A stretch of 64,000 nucleotides of DNA from positions 2,816,001-2,880,000 of the forward strand of contig OZ252299.1 in NCBI GenBank assembly GCA_965250285.1, read 5' to 3'. This DNA is from Myxococcota bacterium. Its GTDB lineage: Bacteria; Myxococcota_A; UBA9160; UBA4427. The position numbers and the translations under genes are program-made. Positions 1-9,638 of this stretch are shown here, piece after piece (positions within the stretch are counted from its first letter, which is position 1; each line of letters begins with the position of its first letter). The notes under the pieces are model-generated. The model was not told the DNA's origin, did no database searches, and was given only the letters and a program-made list of their open reading frames with translations.

Positions 1-537
1 GCAGACCCGAATACCGAGGGGGCCCACCTCCTTCGACAGCCCCTCGGTCACGGCCTCGAGCGCGAACTTCGAGGCGCTGTAGTAGACGTTCGGGGGATTC
101 GCGACGAGCCCGGTCATCGACGAGACGTTGATCACGTGCCCGCGACCCCGCGCGCGCATGCCGGGCAGGACGGCCTTGATGAGGTCGACTGCGCCGAAGA
201 AGTTCGTGTCGAACATCGCGCGCACGCGGTCGTCCTCCCCCTCTTCGAGCGCCGACATGTAGCCGTAGCCCGCGTTGTTCACGAGCACGTCGATCTGACC
301 GAACGCCGCCTCGACGTCGGCGACGGCATCGCGCAGGGCCGCTGCATCGGTCACGTCGAGCGCGAAGGCTCGGGCCGTTTCGGGATGCGCATCGACGAGG
401 TCAGCGACGACCTCTGGGCGACGGGCGGTGACCGCCACCCGGTCGCCGTGCTCGAGGGCGGCGCGGGCGATCTCGCGCCCGATGCCGGTACTGCAGCCAG
501 TGATCAGCCAGACGCGCGATGCCGCTGATTCACTCAT
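1..537 (-). CDS. Short-chain dehydrogenase/reductase (3' end runs off the window)
   Basis: Manual translation from ATG 537: MSESAASRVWLITGCSTGIGRE (TGxxxGIG), NNAGYG, YSASK (YxxxK). GGAGG RBS upstream. Not in the ORF track because it is truncated. Confidence 0.9.
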   Translation of the reverse strand, partial: MSESAASRVWLITGCSTGIGREIARAALEHGDRVAVTARRPEVVADLVDAHPETARAFALDVTDAAALRDAVADVEAAFGQIDVLVNNAGYGYMSALEEGEDDRVRAMFDTNFFGAVDLIKAVLPGMRARGRGHVINVSSMTGLVANPPNVYYSASKFALEAVTEGLSKEVGPLGIRVC

Positions 538-574
538 CGAGACGCCCCCTCCGACGAAGATTCACCGACCCGGG

Positions 575-1822
575 TCATGCCGTCACCTCGGGCAGACGGC
601 GGTGGTAGCCCGCCGCGCGATCTGCGAGCTGCTGCGCCCGCTCTTCGGCCGTGACGAAGCGCGTCTCGTCGGGCAGTGTCTCCTTCAGCTTCGACATCGA
701 CACCAGTCGGCTCTGCGCCGACAACCCGGGCTCGGGCCGCGAGTCGGGAAACTCGGCCATCCGCAGCGTCAGGATGCCCTTCGAGAAGTCGCAGGGATCG
801 ATCCAGTTGTAGACGCCCGGATCATGTTTCGAGAGCACGAACGTATAGGTGCCGTCGACGTTCGGGTGCGCCTGCGCCTTGTTGAGCGTGCTGGTCCGGT
901 GCGCGATGTCGAAGGTCGTGCCCCAGATGTTGCCCGTCGGCACGACGAAGTAGGCCGCGCCACCGTCGTTCACGTCGATCACGAGCGCATCGTCGTCCTC
1001 GAGCTCGAAGTGCCCGCCGACGTAGATCTGCTTGCGCAGCGCGCCACCGGTGTCGGCGCTCCAGGCGAGCTGCATCTGATTGACCGGGCCGCTCGTCATG
1101 CCGCGCGCGATCTTCTGGGTGAACTCGGCGAACCGGTTCATGTACTCGACCGTCAGCTCGGCCTGCTCGTCGATCGTGCGCGCCGGCGTCGTCGGCGCGT
1201 CGCCCAGGCGCTCGATCTCGAGCTCGTTCGGCTCATCGAGGGCCCAGTCGAGCATCACGTCGCGAATGTAGAACTCCTGCGCGCTCGCATTCGACCGGAT
1301 GTGGTTCGGTCGATCTCCCGCCGGCTCGGCATCGACCGAGATCTCGAAGCGACGATCGTCGTCGAGCACGAGGTCGTGCCCCGAGAGCACGTCGATCGTG
1401 TTCATCTTCGGATCCCAGAGCGTGAAGTAGTTCTCGGTCATGCGGCGCTCGGCGACGCGGCCACGGATCACGTAGCGCTCGCTCCCCGAGATCGGAATGA
1501 CGCGATAGATCGAGTCGGGGTTGTCGATGCCCCACCGCGAGCCGGGCACGTCGACGCCCTGCACCGGGTGCCCGAGGCGCGTGATGCACGTGACCTTCGG
1601 TCGCAGCGGATCCTGATTCGAAGACCAGACGGCCGCCGAGAACATCACCTCGTGCGAGGCCCAGTCGAAGCAGCTTCGAGCATCGGGATCGGGGTCGACG
1701 GCGGCGAGCCAGCGGTCGCGCACGTCGTCGAAGGCCTTGGCCACCGTCGGATGGCGCATGAGCTCGACGGCTTCGAGCTCGTGCGTGTGCTGCTCGGCGG
1801 TGGCGATCGGGTGCTCGGGCAT
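575..1822 (-). CDS. Conserved hypothetical protein, DUF1214-like, sulfotransferase-associated
   Basis: 415 aa. Motifs WGIDNPDSIYR and DGTYTFVLSKHDPGVYNWID are typical of DUF1214-type proteins. Co-oriented with the sulfotransferase. Confidence 0.7.
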   Translation of the reverse strand: MPEHPIATAEQHTHELEAVELMRHPTVAKAFDDVRDRWLAAVDPDPDARSCFDWASHEVMFSAAVWSSNQDPLRPKVTCITRLGHPVQGVDVPGSRWGIDNPDSIYRVIPISGSERYVIRGRVAERRMTENYFTLWDPKMNTIDVLSGHDLVLDDDRRFEISVDAEPAGDRPNHIRSNASAQEFYIRDVMLDWALDEPNELEIERLGDAPTTPARTIDEQAELTVEYMNRFAEFTQKIARGMTSGPVNQMQLAWSADTGGALRKQIYVGGHFELEDDDALVIDVNDGGAAYFVVPTGNIWGTTFDIAHRTSTLNKAQAHPNVDGTYTFVLSKHDPGVYNWIDPCDFSKGILTLRMAEFPDSRPEPGLSAQSRLVSMSKLKETLPDETRFVTAEERAQQLADRAAGYHRRLPEVTA

Positions 1823-1853
1823 GGTTCCTCCGTGGGCGCGTGGGCGCCCTGCT

Positions 1854-3068
1854 CTAGTCGGCGTTCGATCGAGGCTCGCTCGGGGCGGCGTCGAGGGTGC
1901 CCTCGAAGGCCGATCGAATCTGATGCTCGCTCAGCCCGAAGTCCTCGGGCGCGTAGCGGTGCTTCGGCCGACGCTCGGCAGCATCGGCCTCGAGCCAGCG
2001 ACGCATGGTCGCGCGCGTGTCGGCCGCGGGCGACAGGCCGAGCGCTTCGAGCACGCGCTGCGCTTCGGAGACCGGGTCTCGCACGAGATCTCGATAGTCG
2101 ACATCGACGAAGCGCGAAGCGGTGTCGTCTCGGCCCGCGCGCGCCGCAGTCGCTCGCTTCGCCGCCCACGACGTCCGCTCGAGCCACTGGCGACCGACGA
2201 CGGCCGGGTCGACGTGATCCGAATACATGCGCCAGAGCGTCGCGTTCAGGCTCGCCCCCGATGGCACCGTCTCGACCGGTGTGCGGTGCACGTGGACGAT
2301 CTGCGCGCGCGGAAAGACGGCGAGCAGGGTGTCGAGATAGCCCAGGTGAGCAGGGGTCTTGAGCAGCCAGCGCGCAGCGGCTTCGCCTCGGGCCCGCTTC
2401 TGCCACTGCAGCAGCTGCAGCATGCGACGCAGGTGCTCGTAGGCCGGCACGAAGCTCTGTGCGTCGAGCCAGGCGCGATAGCCGGGCACGTCGCACGACG
2501 CCTCGGGCACGTGCGAGAGGAACGCATCGGCGAGAAAGACGATCTCTTCGTCGGGTTCGAGGGCGTCGGTCGGGTGGATCGCCTGCAGCTCGGGTGCGAA
2601 CGCGCGCATCTGCTCGTCTCGACGAATGCCATCGGCGATGCGGGGGTCTTCCGGGCCGGTCGCAGCGCCGGGCCGGGGGACCGGCTCGGCGATCTCCCAG
2701 CCGAGGGCGCAATGAAAGCGCGCGTCGCGCGCCAGCAGGCGCTGCAAGAGGGTCGTGCCCGATCGCATCAGCCCGACGATCACGACCGGGTCGTCGACGA
2801 CTTCGGTCGCGATCTCGGGATGGGCCGCGAAGCATGCCTCGGCGGCGAGGCGCTGGGTCAGGCTGCGGCGGATCGACGTGCGCAGCACCGTGGTCCCGAC
2901 GCCATTGAGCGGCGCCTTCGCGAGCGCATCGAGCAGCACGCGCAGCGGCGCTCGAAACGGCGCGTCCCCGAAGTCGTCGAGGCCGGTGCGGCGCCGCGCG
3001 GCCTCGAGCAGCGCGGCTTCGTCGAAGGGCGCGGGCGTCGCCGCGGTGTCTCGTTCCGCTTCGCCCAT
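1854..3068 (-). CDS. Sulfotransferase family protein
   Basis: PAPS-loop IVGLMRSGTTLLQRLL, WLLKTPAHL, HVHRTP. Confidence 0.88.
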   Translation of the reverse strand: MGEAERDTAATPAPFDEAALLEAARRRTGLDDFGDAPFRAPLRVLLDALAKAPLNGVGTTVLRTSIRRSLTQRLAAEACFAAHPEIATEVVDDPVVIVGLMRSGTTLLQRLLARDARFHCALGWEIAEPVPRPGAATGPEDPRIADGIRRDEQMRAFAPELQAIHPTDALEPDEEIVFLADAFLSHVPEASCDVPGYRAWLDAQSFVPAYEHLRRMLQLLQWQKRARGEAAARWLLKTPAHLGYLDTLLAVFPRAQIVHVHRTPVETVPSGASLNATLWRMYSDHVDPAVVGRQWLERTSWAAKRATAARAGRDDTASRFVDVDYRDLVRDPVSEAQRVLEALGLSPAADTRATMRRWLEADAAERRPKHRYAPEDFGLSEHQIRSAFEGTLDAAPSEPRSNAD

Positions 3069-3227
3069 GACCCGAAGAGCGCCTCCCGACCGGGCGCCGC
3101 GAGGTCACGGCGCGCGCGGGTCATGATCGCCGACCGACTCGCGAACGTCACGCCCCGCGCGCGCGAGACGGAAGCTGAACAGGGACGGAACGTGGCGACC
3201 CGGCGGCCAGGCCTCTAGCCTCGGTCC

Positions 3228-3680
3228 ATGGCCGACTCAGCGCGCGCGATCGAGAACCTGCTTCACACGTACGCCGAACGGATCGACCTCGGTGACCTCG
3301 AGGGCGTGGCCGACCTGTTCGCGCACGGTCGCATCGCGCCCGCGACCGATGCGCCCGTCGATCAGGGCATCGTCGGGCGCGACGCGGTGCTCGCGCTGTA
3401 TCAGGGCTCGACGCGTCTGTACGACGACGGTACGCCGCGCACCAAGCACGTCACGACCAATACGATCGTCGAGGTCGCCGACGACGATCAGACGGCCACC
3501 GCGCGCAGCTACTTTACGGTCTTCCAGCAGCTCGACGATTTTCCAATGCAGCCGATCATCGCCGGGCGCTACCACGACGCGTTCAAGCGCGTGGGTGGGG
3601 TGTGGTCTTTCGATTCGCGCGTGATGCTGGTCGACCTCAAGGGCGACCTGAGCCGGCACCTGCTCTACCAGCTCGATTGA
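3228..3680 (+). CDS. SnoaL-like / NTF2 family protein
   Basis: 150 aa. IENLLHTYAERIDLGD..., ATARSYFTV, GRYHDAF..VGGVW pattern. Confidence 0.85.
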   Translation: MADSARAIENLLHTYAERIDLGDLEGVADLFAHGRIAPATDAPVDQGIVGRDAVLALYQGSTRLYDDGTPRTKHVTTNTIVEVADDDQTATARSYFTVFQQLDDFPMQPIIAGRYHDAFKRVGGVWSFDSRVMLVDLKGDLSRHLLYQLD

Positions 3681-3707
3681 GCGGTCGCACGCACTTCTCC
3701 ACCGCGC

Positions 3708-4205
3708 CTACATCGCGTCGACGCCCTCGCGCACGACCGCCTCGGCGAGCTTCATGCCGTCGTAGCTGATGCGCTTGACGGGCTCGAGCTCGATCACGAC
3801 CCGGCGCGGCGTATCCATCATCGCCTGCATCCCCGCCGAGGCTTCGGGGGCACCGGGATGCAGCGCATCGCAGAAACGCGGCAGGAACCACTCGAGGGTC
3901 TCGCGGTCTTCGTGCACCGTGGCGCGGGTCTTGAGCGTGAGCGTGCGCTCGGGGCCGAGCTCGGTGCCTTCGCCGCCGATCACCACGCAGCTCTCGGGTC
4001 GACGGATCAGCGCGTTCACGCGATGGCGTTGGCGGCTCGTCGTCACCCAAACGCGGTCGCGATCCCAGAGGTAGCGGTGGTGCACGCCGACGGGCCAACC
4101 CTCGGACGTCGTCCAGCACACGATGCAGAGGCGCTGCACTTCGAACAGCTTGTTCTGCATGTCGGGGTCGAGCGGGTAGCCCGAGATTTCTTCGAGGTTG
4201 GCCAT
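3708..4205 (-). CDS. Pyridoxamine 5'-phosphate oxidase-like (split beta-barrel flavin/F420-binding) protein
   Basis: Start MANLEEISGY at 4205 (RBS GGAG). WTTSEGWPVGV..., RVVIELEPVKRISYDG pattern. Confidence 0.7.
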   Translation of the reverse strand: MANLEEISGYPLDPDMQNKLFEVQRLCIVCWTTSEGWPVGVHHRYLWDRDRVWVTTSRQRHRVNALIRRPESCVVIGGEGTELGPERTLTLKTRATVHEDRETLEWFLPRFCDALHPGAPEASAGMQAMMDTPRRVVIELEPVKRISYDGMKLAEAVVREGVDAM

Positions 4206-4262
4206 CGGTCGTTCCTCCACGCGATCGACCGGGATCGAAGCGCGTTCGCTAGCCTCCGCGCC

Positions 4263-5756
4263 ATGTCCGATGCAGCCGGCGCGATCGAGAATCTGCTCCA
4301 GGCCGGCGTCCGCTGCATCGCCCTCCTCTCGGTCGCCTGCCTCGCCGCCGTCTCCGCACTCGGCTGCGGCGGCGACCCGCCGCATCGCAACGTCGTGTTC
4401 ATCCTGGCTGAGGATCAGGGCGAGCAGCTCGGCGCGCTCGGCACCCCGGGCCTCGAGACCCCGCGTCTCGACGGGCTGGCCGAACGGGGCGTGCTCTTCA
4501 CGCGCGCGTACACCCCCTACCCGGTCTGCTCCGCGGCGAAGGCGTCGATCTACACCGGGCGCTGGCCAAACGGCCACGGTCTGCTCGGCAACACGGCCAA
4601 CTTCTTCAAGCCCGCCGCCGAGCTGACCGACGACGACCGCGCCCACCCGCTCTTCGAACGCAGTCGGATCCAGGCGGGCGTGCCGACGCTGATCGAGGTG
4701 CTCGACGACGCCGGGTTCACCACGGCCGTGACACACAAGCTGCACGTGCTGCCCGTCGAGAAGCTGCCGTACGACGTCCGCGTGCAGAAGACGACCGTCG
4801 AGAGCGTCGACGCGCTGGTCACCGAGCTCGCAGCCAGCGACCGGCCCTTCTTTCTCATGCTGAACGTCAAGGGTTCACACCGGCCGTTCCGTGACAGCGA
4901 ACACGACGACATCGGCGTCGATCCGGGCGCCGTCCGCCTGCCCGGGCACCTGCCCGACACCCCGGTGGTCCGACGCGACTGGGCCGAGTACCTCGATTCG
5001 ATCGAGCGCACCGATCAGATCGTCGGCGCAGCCCTCGACGCGCTCATGCGCGCCGGGGTGTCGAACGACACGCTGGTCGTATTCACGAGCGATCACGGTC
5101 CCGCCTTCCAGCGCGGCAAGCTCGCCCTGCACGACCTGGGCACCCACGTGCCGGCGATCGTCGCCGGACCCGGCGTCGTGCGCGGCGTGCGATCGGATGC
5201 GCTGGTCAGCCACGTCGACTGGATGCCGACGATCCTCGACTGGCTCGGCCTCGGCTCGGAGCCAGGCCCTGAGCCGGGCTTCGATGGGCGCTCGCTCCTG
5301 CCGCTGCTCGAAGGCGAGCGCGACCCGGCCCCCCGCGCCTTCGTATTCTCTCAGATCGACCACGAGATTCAGCAGCACGATCGCGGCATGCGAGAGCGCT
5401 CGGTGCAGGACGGGGATTGGCGTCTCATCTGGCGGGACGATGGCCGCAAGCCGCGCACGTTCAACGCCGATCTGTGGCGCAAGTCACGCTGGCGCAACCT
5501 CACGTACGAAGAGACGATCGAGCAACGCTCGGATCACCCCGACGCGTTCCGCCGCCTGCGCCAGGTCGACACCCGGCGGTTGCGGGGCGTCGCGCCCCCG
5601 ATCGAGCTCTACGATCTGAGCCGCGACCCCGACGAGCTGGTGAACCGGGCCCAGGATCCCGCGGCGCAGGCCGAGCGCGCGCGGCTGCTCGATGCGCTCC
5701 GCCAGTGGATGCAAGAGACGGGGGATCCGGCCGCCCCCCTGCTGCCGGCGAGCTGA
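4263..5756 (+). CDS. Sulfatase (sulfamidase-like), probable lipoprotein
   Basis: NVVFILAEDQG, signature region CSAAKASIYTG, FTSDHG, ELYDLSRDPDELVN. Hydrophobic N-terminus ending SALGC. Start is uncertain. Confidence 0.85.
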   Translation: MSDAAGAIENLLQAGVRCIALLSVACLAAVSALGCGGDPPHRNVVFILAEDQGEQLGALGTPGLETPRLDGLAERGVLFTRAYTPYPVCSAAKASIYTGRWPNGHGLLGNTANFFKPAAELTDDDRAHPLFERSRIQAGVPTLIEVLDDAGFTTAVTHKLHVLPVEKLPYDVRVQKTTVESVDALVTELAASDRPFFLMLNVKGSHRPFRDSEHDDIGVDPGAVRLPGHLPDTPVVRRDWAEYLDSIERTDQIVGAALDALMRAGVSNDTLVVFTSDHGPAFQRGKLALHDLGTHVPAIVAGPGVVRGVRSDALVSHVDWMPTILDWLGLGSEPGPEPGFDGRSLLPLLEGERDPAPRAFVFSQIDHEIQQHDRGMRERSVQDGDWRLIWRDDGRKPRTFNADLWRKSRWRNLTYEETIEQRSDHPDAFRRLRQVDTRRLRGVAPPIELYDLSRDPDELVNRAQDPAAQAERARLLDALRQWMQETGDPAAPLLPAS

Positions 5757-5806
5757 GCGTCCACCGGGACGGGTCGCTGACGACCCGGCGCGGTATCGTC
5801 TGCGCC

Positions 5807-6784
5807 ATGCTCGAACGACCCCGACGACTCCGTGCCTCGGCCGGCCTGCGCCGGATCGCGCGCGAAACCGTGCTGACGACGAGCGATCTGGTGCTGCCCG
5901 CATTCGTCTGCGAAGGCGAAGGCGTCTCGGATCCGATCGTGTCGATGCCCGGCCACGCCCGCCAGTCGATCGATCGCCTGCTCGAGACCGTCAAGACCGC
6001 CGCCGAGCTCGGGATCCCGGGCGTCGCGCTCTTTCCGGTCATCGACGATGGGCTCAAGGACTCGACGGGGACCGAGAGCACGAACCCCGAGGGCCTGCTG
6101 CCCCGCACGATTCGCGCGATCAAGGACGCCCACCCCGAGCTGCTCGTCATCACCGACGTGGCGCTCGACCCGTACTCGAGCGATGGACACGACGGCGTGG
6201 TACGCGACGGCGAGATCGTGAACGACGAGACCCTCCCCCTGCTCGCCGCCATGTCGGTGACGCAAGCCGATGCGGGCGCCGACATCGTCGCGCCGAGCGA
6301 CATGATGGACGGCCGCGTGCGCGTCATGCGCGAGGCCCTCGACGAGGCCGGGCATACCAACGTCGCGATCGGCAGCTACTGCGCGAAGTACGCCTCGGCC
6401 TTCTACGGCCCCTTCCGCGAGGCCCTCGACTCGGCGCCGCGGGGCGGCGACAAGAAGACGTACCAGATGGATCCGGCCAACGCGCGAGAGGCCCTGCGCG
6501 AGCTCGCCCTCGACGAGGCGGAAGGCGCCGACTGGGTCATGGTCAAGCCGGGCCTGCCCTACCTCGACGTGATCAGCCTGCTGCGCGACCACACGACCCT
6601 GCCCGTCGCCGCGTATCACGTGAGCGGCGAATACGCTCAGCTGAAAGCCGCCGCCGAGCGCGGCTGGATCGACTTCGACGCGGGCCTGCTCGAGAGCCTC
6701 ACGGCGCTCAAGCGCGCCGGCGCCGACGTGATCTTCACGTACGGGGCGATCGAAGCGGCTCGACTCCTGGCCGCCCAAGCCTGA
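5807..6784 (+). CDS. hemB: Porphobilinogen synthase (ALA dehydratase)
   Basis: RPRRLR, APSDMMDGRV, KYASAFYGPFREA, YQMDPAN, MVKPGLPYLD, AYHVSGEY. Confidence 0.97.
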   Translation: MLERPRRLRASAGLRRIARETVLTTSDLVLPAFVCEGEGVSDPIVSMPGHARQSIDRLLETVKTAAELGIPGVALFPVIDDGLKDSTGTESTNPEGLLPRTIRAIKDAHPELLVITDVALDPYSSDGHDGVVRDGEIVNDETLPLLAAMSVTQADAGADIVAPSDMMDGRVRVMREALDEAGHTNVAIGSYCAKYASAFYGPFREALDSAPRGGDKKTYQMDPANAREALRELALDEAEGADWVMVKPGLPYLDVISLLRDHTTLPVAAYHVSGEYAQLKAAAERGWIDFDAGLLESLTALKRAGADVIFTYGAIEAARLLAAQA

Positions 6785-6830
6785 GACGCACCCGCGATTG
6801 AACTGACCTCTCGAATCGAACCTCAAACCA

Positions 6831-7439
6831 ATGACGGACCTGCGCCCAACCATGACCCGAACGCTCTCGACTGTCCTTCTCTCGTGCCTCGCCTTCTCGA
6901 TCGTCGCGCTGCCCGCAGCCGCCGAATGGTTCGACGACCCCGCGCCGCGCAAGGGCATCCCCTGGCGCCACAAGGCGGGCAAGCTCGGCGCGATGCTGAT
7001 CCTCACGGAGGACGAGAAGGCCTTCATCGAGGAGTGGCAGAACCCCAAGGATCGCGACAAGGGGCCCAACGTGCAGATTGCCGAGACCGCTCGCATCGGC
7101 GACACGGTGACCGCATTCGTCGTCTTCTCGGGCTGCGACCCGATGGAGGACATGCGCTGCCGCACCCTCGTCGACTTTCGGCTCGTCGGACCGAATGGCG
7201 AGATGCACGCCATTCACGACGAGGCGCCGCTGTGGCGACGCGAGCCCGCGCCGCCGGACGAGATGCTGATGGGGGAGGCCCGCGTGCGCACGAAATTCGG
7301 GCCCGATGATCCGCTCGGGGTCTACACCATGAAGGTGCGTGTCCGCGACATCGGATCGAAGACGACCGTGATCCTCTGGCGCGAGATCACGCTCGAGCCC
7401 GCCCTCGATCAGACGCCGGTGCCGGCCCCGGCCAATTGA
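6831..7439 (+). CDS. Hypothetical exported protein
   Basis: 202 aa with Sec-type signal (…IVALPAAA|EW). Stop overlaps the next start (TGATG). Confidence 0.7.
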   Translation: MTDLRPTMTRTLSTVLLSCLAFSIVALPAAAEWFDDPAPRKGIPWRHKAGKLGAMLILTEDEKAFIEEWQNPKDRDKGPNVQIAETARIGDTVTAFVVFSGCDPMEDMRCRTLVDFRLVGPNGEMHAIHDEAPLWRREPAPPDEMLMGEARVRTKFGPDDPLGVYTMKVRVRDIGSKTTVILWREITLEPALDQTPVPAPAN

Positions 7440-8056
7440 TGGGCGACTGGGTCGGTCCCTTCCTCTTTCTGCTCACGACGATCGACCCGATTGGCACCCT
7501 CACGCTCTTCGTCGGGCTGACCTCGCACGCGACCCCCGCCGAACGACGGCGCATTGCCCTGCGCGCCACGTTCTACAGCGCGATCGTGCTCGTCGGCTTC
7601 ATTCTCGTCGGGCAGATCGTGCTCGGCGAGCTCGGCGTGCGGCTCGAAGCGTTCCAGCTGGCGGGCGGCCTCATCTTCTTCTTGTTCGGCGTCCAGATGG
7701 TGTTCGGCATCGGGGCCGCCGGCATCCAGGCATCGGGCGAGGCTGGCCACGACGTCGCGGTCTTTCCGATCGCGGTGCCTTCCATCGCGAGCCCCGGCTC
7801 GATCCTCGCCGTCGTGCTGCTGACCGACAACCGCGAGTTCACGATCGCGCAGCAGGCGACCACCACGATGCTGCTCGCCGTCGTGCTCGCCATTACGTAC
7901 GCCGGGATGCTGCTCGGCAACCGGGTCTATGGCCTGATCGGCAACGCCGGTGCGAGCCTGCTCGTCCGCGTGATGGGCCTGCTGCTCACGAGCCTGGCCG
8001 TCGAGATGGTGCTCGAGGCCGTGGCCGAGCTGATGGGCAACGTCGGCACCGGCTGA
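7439..8056 (+). CDS. MarC family integral membrane protein
   Basis: IDPIGTLTLF, AFQLAGGLIFF, VAVFPIAVPSIASPGSI, RVMGLLL. About six hydrophobic segments. Confidence 0.92.
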   Translation: MGDWVGPFLFLLTTIDPIGTLTLFVGLTSHATPAERRRIALRATFYSAIVLVGFILVGQIVLGELGVRLEAFQLAGGLIFFLFGVQMVFGIGAAGIQASGEAGHDVAVFPIAVPSIASPGSILAVVLLTDNREFTIAQQATTTMLLAVVLAITYAGMLLGNRVYGLIGNAGASLLVRVMGLLLTSLAVEMVLEAVAELMGNVGTG

Positions 8057-8065
8057 GCCGGGCGC

Positions 8066-9565
8066 TCAATTCGCCGCGTCGCCGTCCCCCGCGTCGAGGC
8101 GCACGCGCCAATCCACGCGATCGGGTCGGTCCATGATCACGATCCCGCGCGCCAGGAGCGCATCGCGGATCTCGTCGGCCCGCGCCCAGTCCTTCTCTTC
8201 CCGGGCGCGGCTGCGCGCGTCGAGCTCGGCGTCGACCTCGTCGGCCGTGATGCCGAGATGCTGGAGCCGCTTGGCCTTCACCTCGGACTGGAAGTCGTCG
8301 CTCGACATCGTCATCAAGTTGATCGCGTCGCCGACCAGCCCGAAGGCCTCGAGCGCGGGGGCCACGACCGGACCACCGCGTTTCTTCGCCTTCTTGTGGT
8401 TGCCGAAGCGATTCACCGCGCGGGCGAGCTCGAAGAGCTGCCCGAGCGCCTTGGCCGTGTTGAAGTCGGCATCCATCGCCTCGTGGAAGCGCGCCTCGAA
8501 GCCGCGACCGAGCTCGAGGACGGTCTGCGCGTCCTTGCCGAGATCCCCCGCCACACGTTCGGCGTCTTCTTCGCCCTTCATCTCTTCGGCGACCTCGCGC
8601 GCCTCGTAGAGGCGGGCGAGCATGGCGAGCGCATCGACGAGGGCGCCCTCCCCCCACGGCAGCGGCGACCTGTAGTGGTTCTGCAGGTAGTAGAGCCGCA
8701 GCGCCTCGGCGGGGAAGTCGGCGAGCGCGTCGCCGACGTTGATCACGTTGCCGAGGCTCTTGCCCATCTTCTGACCGCCCGACATCGTGAGCAGACCGTT
8801 GTGCATCCAGTAGCGGGCGTAGGTCGCATCGTGCGCCGTCTCGCTCTGGGCCACCTCGTTCTCGTGATGCGGAAAGACCAGATCGAGCCCCCCGCCGTGA
8901 ATGTCGATCGTCTCGCCCAGGCAGTCGCGCGCCATCGTCGAGCACTCGATGTGCCAGCCGGGTCGGCCCGGCCCCCACTCGCTCTCCCACGCCGGCTCAC
9001 CGGGCTTCGACGCCTTCCACAGCGCGAAGTCGGCGGGGTGTCGCTTGCCCGACTCGGGATCGGCGCTGCGCAGCTCGTCGACCTTCTGGCCCGACAGCTT
9101 GCCGTAGGCGGGGTCGCTCTCGACCGAGAACCAGACGCTGCCCTCGGCGGCATACGCGTGCCCCTTCTCGACGAGGCCGGCGATCATCCCGACGATGGCG
9201 TCGATGCACTCGGTCACCCGGGGCTCGTCGTCGGGTCGCATCAGGCCGAGCAGCTCGGTCTCGTCGTGGAACGCGTCGATGAAGCGCTGCGCGAGCGCCT
9301 CGGGCGCCTCTCCGTTCTCGGCCGCGCGCGCAATGATCTTGTCGTCGACGTCGGTGAAGTTTCGGACGAAGCGCACCTGCCACCCGCGGTGGCGCAGGTA
9401 ACGCACGAACGTGTCGAACACGACCATCGCGCGCGCATGCCCGATGTGCGCGTGGTCGTAGACCGTCATGCCGCAGACGTAGAGCCCCACCCGGCCCTGT
9501 TCGATGGGCTCGAAATCCTCGACCTTGCGGGTGAGGGTGTTGTAGATGCGAAAGGGAGCCGCCAT
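8066..9565 (-). CDS. cysS: Cysteine--tRNA ligase
   Basis: YVCGMTVYDHAHIGHAR, GRPGWHIECS, DIHGGGLDLVFPHHENE, KMGKSLGN. Confidence 0.98.
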   Translation of the reverse strand: MAAPFRIYNTLTRKVEDFEPIEQGRVGLYVCGMTVYDHAHIGHARAMVVFDTFVRYLRHRGWQVRFVRNFTDVDDKIIARAAENGEAPEALAQRFIDAFHDETELLGLMRPDDEPRVTECIDAIVGMIAGLVEKGHAYAAEGSVWFSVESDPAYGKLSGQKVDELRSADPESGKRHPADFALWKASKPGEPAWESEWGPGRPGWHIECSTMARDCLGETIDIHGGGLDLVFPHHENEVAQSETAHDATYARYWMHNGLLTMSGGQKMGKSLGNVINVGDALADFPAEALRLYYLQNHYRSPLPWGEGALVDALAMLARLYEAREVAEEMKGEEDAERVAGDLGKDAQTVLELGRGFEARFHEAMDADFNTAKALGQLFELARAVNRFGNHKKAKKRGGPVVAPALEAFGLVGDAINLMTMSSDDFQSEVKAKRLQHLGITADEVDAELDARSRAREEKDWARADEIRDALLARGIVIMDRPDRVDWRVRLDAGDGDAAN

Positions 9566-9638
9566 CGAATTCGCGGGAAGGTACCCTGCGCGAGCCGACT
9601 CGCCGGCCCGCGCTCGATTGTCGTCTGGTCACCGAACG

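Noticed and set aside
5807..6784. hemB as part of the B12 regulon
   Set aside because: It is 28 kb from the riboswitch with no cob/cbi genes nearby. General tetrapyrrole housekeeping explains it.
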